Source: a virus
Taxonomy: Duplodnaviria; Caudoviricetes
Strand: one strand, 5' to 3'
IMG/VR virus record: IMGVR_UViG_3300036797_000056
Location: 1 to 41,937 of that record
Length of the DNA: 41,937 bases
Shown: in pieces, positions 35,259 to 41,937 of the stretch
How positions within the stretch are numbered: position 1 is the stretch's first letter
Layout: each line of letters begins with the position of its first letter
Notes under the pieces: model-generated
Told to the model about the DNA's origin: nothing
Databases searched by the model: none
What the model saw: only the letters and a program-made list of their open reading frames with translations
Translations under genes and position numbers: made by a program

Positions 35259-35402
35259 ATGCCCAACAGCCTCGTCGACTTGCAGAAGTTCTTCTCGACA
35301 CCGGAGAAGCCCGTCCGGATGATTGAGATGAAGGAGTTCTGGGATTCCCTCACCGACGAGGAGAAGCTCGAGTTCAAGGCTGCTGAGCTGCCGAAGGACT
35401 AG
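35259..35402 (+). CDS. 47 aa hypothetical protein (not in ORF track)
   Basis: AAGGAG RBS; MPNSLVDLQKFFSTPEKPVRMIEMKEFWDSLTDEEKLEFKAAELPKD; biased codons. Confidence 0.75.
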   Translation: MPNSLVDLQKFFSTPEKPVRMIEMKEFWDSLTDEEKLEFKAAELPKD

Positions 35403-35735
35403 TAATTGAATTGAGAGGCCTTTGCGCCTTCTTCACTTCTTAGCTTCTCCGTAACCACTCGGAGAGCAAATTACAACAAACTTACCCCTGGGAAACCTGG
35501 GTGAGAGGTGGGACGCGCATACCTTCATACACGCGATGTGAGCCATGCGATCACTAGTACGCATCAGAGGACCGCCCAGAGCGGCTAGCACACATATTTG
35601 ACGCAGTACAACTGACACCCTGTTTTGTAATTACCAACACACAACAGGCATATATCGACCTAAAGGGTCGAATCGAAAATTGCGTGGGCTGCCCTGACTT
35701 CGGTTGGGGCGGCTCACACTTGTCCTATATTTTTC
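35403..35735 (+). ncRNA. Candidate large structured non-coding RNA (about 330 nt)
   Basis: Longest gap in a tightly packed genome; at least six helices, a GAAA and a C(UUCG)G tetraloop, many G-U pairs. Confidence 0.55.
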
Positions 35736-35745
35736 GGAGGTATGG

Positions 35746-36069
35746 ATGCACCGAGAAGAAGCACTGCGTAAAGCTGACAATGTCCGTATAGCAAGGGGGT
35801 TGATCAAGAAGCGGATATTTAAAGGTGAAGTATCGGTGGTGGATGTGGTTATGAACCCACCGGAAGACTTGAGGGATATGGCGTTGTTCGAAGTACTACT
35901 CGCTCAAAAGCGGTGGGGCCGTATGCGAGTGGTGAAATTCTTGGAGAAGAATGACTTGTCGGAATATCTGGGGTTGCAATCAATGACAGAACGACAGAGA
36001 AAGATTGTTGCACATGCCATCACCACCCTTACGTGGCCACCAGAAAGAAGCTCTTACAAAGCTGGGTAA
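35746..36069 (+). CDS. Actinobacterial integration host factor-like (mIHF/sIHF, H2TH) protein
   Basis: AL.KA..VR.AR..IK..I..G....DV, M....L....WG......L, MTERQRK aligns by eye with mIHF (ALEKA..AR..RAELK..LK.G...GKVKA...LGDRQRK); GGAGG RBS before ATG 35746. Confidence 0.7.
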   Translation: MHREEALRKADNVRIARGLIKKRIFKGEVSVVDVVMNPPEDLRDMALFEVLLAQKRWGRMRVVKFLEKNDLSEYLGLQSMTERQRKIVAHAITTLTWPPERSSYKAG

Positions 36070-37195
36070 CGGAAAGATTCTTTGGGGTGGCGTGGGGACT
36101 GGGAAGTCTCGCGTGGCTATGGCGTATTACGTAAAACACGAATCACCAAAGGATATCTATGTCATCACTACAGCTAAAAAGCGTGACTCAAAAGATTGGG
36201 AGGGCGAAGCCGCAGCATTTGTCGTTGGTCGGGATAACGACTCTAGCCTTCACGGACGTCTCACGGTTGACTCGTGGAACAACCTTGGTAAGTACGTTGA
36301 CGTTGTTTCTGCTTTCTTCATATTTGACGAGCAGCGTCTGGTCGGTAGTGGGTCGTGGGTCAAAGCTTTCCTCAAGATTGCTCGCTCTAACCGTTGGATA
36401 CTTCTCAGTGCTACTCCTGGTGACTCTTGGCTGGACTATATCCCAGTATTTGTAGCTAACGGTCATTACAAGAACAAATCAGCATTCCGACGCGAACATG
36501 TGGTCTACAAGCCGTACATGAAGTACCCGGTTGTGGACCACTACGTCGGTGTGGCAAAGATGGCAAAACTTCGTCAGGACATATTGGTCGAGATGCCAAT
36601 GGAAAGGCATACGGTGAGACACACTGAATTGGTGCGTGTTGGCTACGACAAAGAGCTGATGAAGCAAGTAGTCGATAAACGCTGGGAGGTCTTTGAAGGT
36701 CGTCCGCTACGTGATGTGGCGGATATGTACCGATGTGGGCGGAAAGTGGCTTACAGTGCCTCTCAGAGGCTCTCAGAGGTACATAAGCTGATAGGGAAGC
36801 ATCGCAGATTGATCGTTTTCTATAATTTCGACTATGAACTCGAGATTTTGAGGACCTTGAAAGACAGTGTGAAAGTGGCTGAATGGAACGGCCACAAGCA
36901 TGAGCAATTGCCAGATAGTGAGTACTGGGTTTATCTGGTTCAGTACGCTGCAGGTGCGGAGGGGTGGAACTGTACGAATACTAATGCTGTGTGCTTCTAC
37001 AGCTTGACATATTCGTACAAGCTGTGGGAGCAGGCTCATGGAAGGATAGACAGGTTAGATACGGATTACGTAGATCTGTACTACTACGTGATACGCTGTG
37101 ATCACCGTATTGACACCGCTGTGTGGGTGGCTTTAAAGCGTAAGAAGTCGTTTCAAGAGCCCAAAAACCAGCTATTTGCGGATTCGACCTCTTAA
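36014..37195 (+). CDS. Superfamily 2 DNA helicase
   Basis: LRGHQ, GGVGTGKS, FIFDEQ, LLSATP, AGAEGWN, EQAHGRIDR; start uncertain (36005 or 36014). Confidence 0.85.
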   Translation: MPSPPLRGHQKEALTKLGNGKILWGGVGTGKSRVAMAYYVKHESPKDIYVITTAKKRDSKDWEGEAAAFVVGRDNDSSLHGRLTVDSWNNLGKYVDVVSAFFIFDEQRLVGSGSWVKAFLKIARSNRWILLSATPGDSWLDYIPVFVANGHYKNKSAFRREHVVYKPYMKYPVVDHYVGVAKMAKLRQDILVEMPMERHTVRHTELVRVGYDKELMKQVVDKRWEVFEGRPLRDVADMYRCGRKVAYSASQRLSEVHKLIGKHRRLIVFYNFDYELEILRTLKDSVKVAEWNGHKHEQLPDSEYWVYLVQYAAGAEGWNCTNTNAVCFYSLTYSYKLWEQAHGRIDRLDTDYVDLYYYVIRCDHRIDTAVWVALKRKKSFQEPKNQLFADSTS

Positions 37196-37350
37196 TTTGC
37201 CAACGAAAATCGTAAAAAACTTTTTTATAAACCGTCACATGATGTCTAAATACCCTATATTACCTTACGCACCCGCGGGAAGTAATACATTAGACATCAT
37301 ATATGACATTATAAAAACTTTTTTGCCATAAATGCTTGGCAAATTGGCAA
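37196..37350. other. AT-rich long inverted repeat, candidate replication origin
   Basis: ATGATGTCTAA/TTAGACATCAT, TTTTTATAA/TTATAAAAA, TATTAC/GTAATA; two AAAAACTTTTTT; four TTGCCA/TGGCAA. Confidence 0.6.
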
Positions 37351-37367
37351 TCCCCACAAGGAGAGTA

Positions 37368-37868
37368 ATGCTCGAATGGAGACCGATTGAGGGGTTCAAC
37401 GGTTACAGCGTAAGCTCAGACGGCGATATTCGTAACGACTTCAATGGATATTTGCTGCATCGTTACATCCTTCAGCACCGTGATTTCCCAGTTGTCGGGT
37501 TGATGCGACAAGGTAAGCAGTACAAACGATCTGTTGCAAGACTAGTGGCCAACGCATATTTAGAGCCACACCCAAGTCCAGCCTTTGATACACCGACATG
37601 TATGGATGGTGATCGCACAAACTGTAAGGTCAACAATCTGGTTTGGCGTCCACGATGGTTCTCAGTCAAGTACAACCATCAGTTCGCTTATCAATCCAAA
37701 CATCATATTGATCGCTACATCCGCGAGAAGAAGTCTGGGATGACATTCATTGATTCATTCGAAGCTGCCAAATGGTATGGCGTGCTTGAAGATGATCTTG
37801 TTTTGTCAATCCTGAATCGGACATACGTCTGGCCTGCATATTTGTTCTTCGAGGTAGTTGAACCTTAG
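37368..37868 (+). CDS. NUMOD4-HNH-like protein with degenerate active site
   Basis: EWRPIEGFNGYSVSSDGDIRN (NUMOD4), VARLVA.AYL, CMDGDRTNCKVNNL.W; AAGGAG RBS before ATG 37368. Confidence 0.75.
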   Translation: MLEWRPIEGFNGYSVSSDGDIRNDFNGYLLHRYILQHRDFPVVGLMRQGKQYKRSVARLVANAYLEPHPSPAFDTPTCMDGDRTNCKVNNLVWRPRWFSVKYNHQFAYQSKHHIDRYIREKKSGMTFIDSFEAAKWYGVLEDDLVLSILNRTYVWPAYLFFEVVEP

Positions 37869-37876
37869 ACATCGGC

Positions 37877-37905
37877 CCGCGTATAAATCGCAGAATATAA
37901 TAGAA
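37877..37905 (+). promoter_or_regulatory. Repeated 29-bp motif, copy 6 (degenerate)
   Basis: CCGC-GTATA-AAT-CG-CAGAA-TATAAT-AGAA; same spacing as copies 1-5; intergenic. Confidence 0.65.
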
Positions 37906-37943
37906 GGAGAGAGAATATCAAACTTTTTTGAGAGGCTTTTTAT

Positions 37944-38234
37944 GTGACTGAACGACAGTATCAAGCCAAAGTAACCAAGAAGATTCGTAATCTTTTTCCT
38001 GGTTGCATGCTGATCAAGAACGATCCTCAGTACCAGCAAGGTATTCCTGATTGGACACTGCTGTATGGTGACAAATGGGGAATGATTGAAATCAAGGCAA
38101 GTAAGAACGCCCCGTTTCAACCGAACCAGGAATACTATCTTGAAGTGCTTGATGACATGTCTTTTGCAATGGTGATCTATCCAGAGATTGAAGAGGACAT
38201 GTTAAATGCACTTCAGGAAGCATTCGGGGTTTGA
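37944..38234 (+). CDS. VRR-NUC / Holliday junction resolvase-like nuclease
   Basis: E..YQ, GIPD, IEIK, QPNQ PD-(D/E)xK pattern. Confidence 0.8.
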   Translation: MTERQYQAKVTKKIRNLFPGCMLIKNDPQYQQGIPDWTLLYGDKWGMIEIKASKNAPFQPNQEYYLEVLDDMSFAMVIYPEIEEDMLNALQEAFGV

Positions 38235-38772
38235 AGGCCAGCACGCCTTTCTAAGCCCTAGCTATTATCATTGGATGAATTACACCAGTGATAAGCTGCG
38301 AACCCGCTGGTACGCCTTACAAGCGGCCCTAGAGGGTACTGAGCAACATACGTACGCTGCAGAAGCAATAGAAAAAGGTATTCAACACAATGGTAATACT
38401 TTGCTTGGTATGTATATTAACGATTGTATTCGTTATCGTATGCATACAGAAGTCCTACTATATTACTCTCGTAATGCTTTTGGGACTGCTGACGCTATTG
38501 CTTTCCGCTATCGTAAGCTACGTATTTCCGACTTGAAAACTGGATTCAGTCCAACAAGCGTTCACCAACTCGAGGTGTACGCAGCTCTCTTCTGTCTCGA
38601 GTATGATGTCAATCCTTATGACATCAAAATCGAGCTACGCATCTATCAAGGTGATGAGATCCGTGAATATGTTGGCGATCCTGCTGTGGTGTTTTACATC
38701 ATGACCAAGATCATGGAATTTGATGAAGAACTTGAAATGTTGAGAAAGGAGGAAGTAGATGCCAGTAATTGA
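38206..38772 (+). CDS. PD-(D/E)xK (Cas4/RecB-like) exonuclease
   Basis: HAFLSPS, GT..H, FGTADAI, ISDLKTG, QLEVYA. Confidence 0.78.
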   Translation: MHFRKHSGFEGQHAFLSPSYYHWMNYTSDKLRTRWYALQAALEGTEQHTYAAEAIEKGIQHNGNTLLGMYINDCIRYRMHTEVLLYYSRNAFGTADAIAFRYRKLRISDLKTGFSPTSVHQLEVYAALFCLEYDVNPYDIKIELRIYQGDEIREYVGDPAVVFYIMTKIMEFDEELEMLRKEEVDASN

Positions 38773-41443
38773 TTTTGGTGAGTACCAGGATTCACTGGCG
38801 CACTACGGAACTCCTCGACATTCCGGTCGCTATCCATGGGGTTCTGGTAAGACACCGTTTGAAAGTGCAAAATCATTTTCAGCGACTGTTGCTGATCTGA
38901 AAGATAAGGGTTTGTCTGATACTGAGATTGCAAAAGGTTTCGGTACATCGACAACTGAACTTCGTGCATTGAAGTCGATTGCACGTAATGAGATGCGTCA
39001 AGACAATATTCGTCAGGCGCAGCGTCTGAAAGATAAGGGATATTCAAACGTTGCCATTGGGCAGCGTATGGGTCTCAACGAATCCACCGTTCGTTCATTG
39101 CTTGAACCTGGTGCCAAAGATCGTGCTGATGCTCTAAGCGCAACATCGAGCCAGCTTCGTGACATGGTTGCACAGAAGAAGTATCTTGATATTGGTAGTG
39201 GTACTGAAAACCATCTTGGTGTCAGTAAGACACGTTTGGATACAGCAGTTGCTGTGCTCAAGAAAGAAGGTTATGGAGTTCATTACGTCAAGGTGCTTCA
39301 GCAAGGTACTGGCGAATTCACGAACATGAAAGTGTTGGCTGCTCCTGGTGTGGAGTGGAAAGAAGTCAATGCTAATCGTGCGCAGATTCAAACTGTTGGT
39401 CCGACACATTCAGAGGATGGTGGTCGTACGTTCAATAGTAGACTTGGCGTTCAGGATCCAATTTCAATTGACCCAAAGCGTGTTGCCATCAATTACAAAG
39501 AAGATGGTGGTGCCAATGCTGATGGTGTCATATTTGTGCGTCCTGGTGTCAGTGATATTTCAATGGGTACTGCTCGTTATGCTCAGGTTCGGATCAAGGT
39601 TGGAGATGGCCATTATTTGAAAGGTATGGCTGTCTATAAGGATGATTTGCCAAAAGGTACGGATCTTGTGTTCAATACGAACAAATCGAATACAGGAAAC
39701 AAACTTGATGCAATGAAAGAATTGAAGACCAATAAAGAAACTGGCGAAATCGATACAGACAATCCGTTTGGTGCAACAGTTCGTCAACTTACTGATTCTC
39801 ATGACAAAGTCAATTCAGCAATGAATATTGTCAATGAGGAAGGTGATTGGTCGACTTGGTCCAAGAGTCTTTCAGCGCAGATGTTGTCTAAGCAGAATCC
39901 ATCGTTGGCTGAACGTCAGCTTGCTATGAAGTATGAGCAGAAGCGTATGGATCTGGATTCAATTCAAAAGCTGACAAATCCAGCAGTCAAGCAGAAGTTG
40001 TTGGAATCGTTTGCTGATGATGCGGATTCATCGGCTGTTCATCTCAAAGCTGCGGCATTGCCACGACAGGCGTCGCATGTGATCTTGCCTGTTGCAAGTA
40101 TGAAGCCAACTGAAGTCTATGCACCAAATCATCGTAATGGTGAACGTGTTGTATTGATTCGCTATCCTCATGCTGGGACATTCGAAATTCCAGAATTGGT
40201 AGTGAACAATCGCAATCCTGAAGCTAAGGCGTTGATTGGTAACTCCGAAAAAGTTGATGCAATTGGAATTCATCATTCAGTTGCAGAACAGCTTTCTGGT
40301 GCAGATTTCGATGGTGATTCAGTTCTTGTGATTCCCAATGATCATGGTGATGTTAAGACGTCGTCGCCTTTGGCTGAACTAAAAGGATTCGATCCACAGT
40401 CATATAAGATTCCTGAAGGTTCATCAGTCAAGAAGATTACACCAGCACGCAAGCAGTACGAGATGGGTAATGTTACGAACTTGATTTCGGACATGTCCAT
40501 TCATGGTGCGAGTTCTTCTGAACTTGCTCGTGCTGTAAAGCATTCGATGGTTGTAATCGATTCTGAGAAACACGGTCTTGATTACAAAGCGTCTGCTCGT
40601 GCATACAACATTGCGCAACTGAAAGAGAAGTACCAAGGTTCGCCTAAGGCTGGCGCATCAACTCTGATTACTAAAGCAGCATCAGAGATTCGTGTACCAG
40701 ATCGTAAGCCTAGGCCTGCTGCAGAAGGCGGTCCTATTGATAAGGCTACTGGTAAGAAAGTCTTTGTCGAGACAGGCAAGGTGTCTTATCGTGGTAACCT
40801 TATAACAAAGGAATCTAAGAAGCTTGCTGAAACAGATGATGCGAACACACTGTCTTCGGGTACACGTATCGAACAGATCTATGCAGATCATTCGAATCGT
40901 TTGAAGGCGCTTGCTAATGAAGCAAGAAAGGACTACGTCAACGTAGAACCTTTGTTGTATTCGAAGTCTGCTAAGCAAGTGTATGCACCCCAGGTTGAAA
41001 GACTGAATCGTGCATTGAACACCGCCAAGAAAAACAGGCCCCTAGAACGAAGTGCCCAGCTACTAGCAGAGGCCACGGTCAACTCTAAGCGGGCTGCTAA
41101 TCCAGACATGGATGCTGCTGATCTCAAGAAGATTAGAGGTCAAGCGTTGACTGAAGCACGCATTCGTGTTGGTGCTAAGAAAGAACTGATTGACATCTCA
41201 CCTGATGAATGGGATGCTATTCAGGCAGGCGCTATCAGTCACCACAAGTTGTCTGAGATCCTGAACAATGCCGACCTTGATAAGGTGAAGGAACTAGCAA
41301 CACCACGAACACAGTTGCTTATGACGCCTACCAAGAAGGCACGTGCACAGGCCATGATTGCTAATGGCTACACACAGGACGAGATTGCTAGCGCCCTTGG
41401 TGTATCAGTGTCCACACTCAAGTCATCATTGAAAGGAGAGTAA
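38759..41443 (+). CDS. Putative single-subunit double-psi-beta-barrel RNA polymerase (YonO/QDE-1-like) with three HTH motifs
   Basis: ADG, AQVRI..YLKGM, RYPH, LSGADFDGD (40298-40318), MGNVTN, HSMVVIDSEKHG in the order seen in cellular RdRP/YonO enzymes. Confidence 0.8.
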   Translation: MPVIDFGEYQDSLAHYGTPRHSGRYPWGSGKTPFESAKSFSATVADLKDKGLSDTEIAKGFGTSTTELRALKSIARNEMRQDNIRQAQRLKDKGYSNVAIGQRMGLNESTVRSLLEPGAKDRADALSATSSQLRDMVAQKKYLDIGSGTENHLGVSKTRLDTAVAVLKKEGYGVHYVKVLQQGTGEFTNMKVLAAPGVEWKEVNANRAQIQTVGPTHSEDGGRTFNSRLGVQDPISIDPKRVAINYKEDGGANADGVIFVRPGVSDISMGTARYAQVRIKVGDGHYLKGMAVYKDDLPKGTDLVFNTNKSNTGNKLDAMKELKTNKETGEIDTDNPFGATVRQLTDSHDKVNSAMNIVNEEGDWSTWSKSLSAQMLSKQNPSLAERQLAMKYEQKRMDLDSIQKLTNPAVKQKLLESFADDADSSAVHLKAAALPRQASHVILPVASMKPTEVYAPNHRNGERVVLIRYPHAGTFEIPELVVNNRNPEAKALIGNSEKVDAIGIHHSVAEQLSGADFDGDSVLVIPNDHGDVKTSSPLAELKGFDPQSYKIPEGSSVKKITPARKQYEMGNVTNLISDMSIHGASSSELARAVKHSMVVIDSEKHGLDYKASARAYNIAQLKEKYQGSPKAGASTLITKAASEIRVPDRKPRPAAEGGPIDKATGKKVFVETGKVSYRGNLITKESKKLAETDDANTLSSGTRIEQIYADHSNRLKALANEARKDYVNVEPLLYSKSAKQVYAPQVERLNRALNTAKKNRPLERSAQLLAEATVNSKRAANPDMDAADLKKIRGQALTEARIRVGAKKELIDISPDEWDAIQAGAISHHKLSEILNNADLDKVKELATPRTQLLMTPTKKARAQAMIANGYTQDEIASALGVSVSTLKSSLKGE

Positions 41444-41706
41444 TGGCAGTTGAGTACATGTTGACCACAGTCGACAATCCATTCAATCCATTCACTCAGT
41501 TCGATGCATGGTTTGCTTGGGACACAGCCGCAGGGTACAACAGTAGTGGCCTACTGGCACGGACAGTGATGATGAGTAACGACATCTCCGATACCGATCA
41601 AGTAGTAGCAACACAACAAGCAATCGATCAAATTGTAAATGAAAACGTAACAGGAATGTTTCGTAAAGTTACAGCTGATTCGTTTGCTTCTACTCAAGTG
41701 TCGTGA
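41443..41706 (+). CDS. Conserved small acidic protein coupled to the polymerase gene
   Basis: TAATG overlap; MLTTVDNPFNPFTQFDAW. Confidence 0.75.
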   Translation: MAVEYMLTTVDNPFNPFTQFDAWFAWDTAAGYNSSGLLARTVMMSNDISDTDQVVATQQAIDQIVNENVTGMFRKVTADSFASTQVS

Positions 41707-41937
41707 ACGACGACAACACAAACAGGTACTACATAGGGGTTGTTTGTGTGTTAGCAGTAATCGATGTTGTGTTGTGGATACATGACATCCACCGACTGTT
41801 CACGATGTTGACTAACCATCCTTGACTTCATTCGTTGTTGATCATTAGGTAGTCGGAGTACCTAGACGACTTGATGATCAACTTCGTTTGTCTTTCGAAC
41901 GGGGGGGGACCAAAAGAACTTACACGCCCTGTCTAAT

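Noticed and set aside
35403-35735. Group I/II intron, tmRNA, or the 61 aa minus-strand ORF at 35433-35618
   Set aside because: Flanking genes are complete, no catalytic core or tRNA-like ends are recognisable, and the ORF has no RBS and opposes the genome-wide orientation
38759-41443. Treating the 894 aa protein as an RNA-dependent polymerase or reverse transcriptase
   Set aside because: No palm-type YxDD/GDD motifs; the HTHs, the dsDNA phage context and the YonO precedent favour a DNA template, though this is untested

Overview
The window looks like a complete or near-complete 41.9 kb genome of a lytic, long-tailed dsDNA phage. Every credible gene is on the + strand, and I found no integrase, tRNA or CRISPR array. 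Gene order: lysozyme, packaging and head genes (74-10598); neck and tail (10610-22379); membrane proteins and holin (22379-23600); an array of small expression units, each headed by a repeated 29-bp motif (23592-26940); conserved hypothetical genes; a helicase-primase-PolB fusion (29847-33596); SSB; a ~330 nt structured non-coding region; an actinobacterial IHF-like gene; an SF2 helicase; a palindromic origin candidate; nucleases; and an 894 aa protein. From memory (not a search), the layout resembles the Lactococcus 1706 / Rhodococcus ReqiPepy6-like siphophages, and the host is probably an actinobacterium. The most interesting signal is a candidate self-contained transcription system. The 894 aa protein carries the ordered motifs of a single-chain double-psi-barrel (YonO/QDE-1-like) RNA polymerase plus three HTHs. 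It shares an L-x-H tag with head proteins. Six copies of a fixed-spacing promoter-like motif drive single-gene cassettes, two tiny covarying structured RNAs and the polymerase's own operon. All family calls come from reading motifs by eye; no database search or folding program was run.
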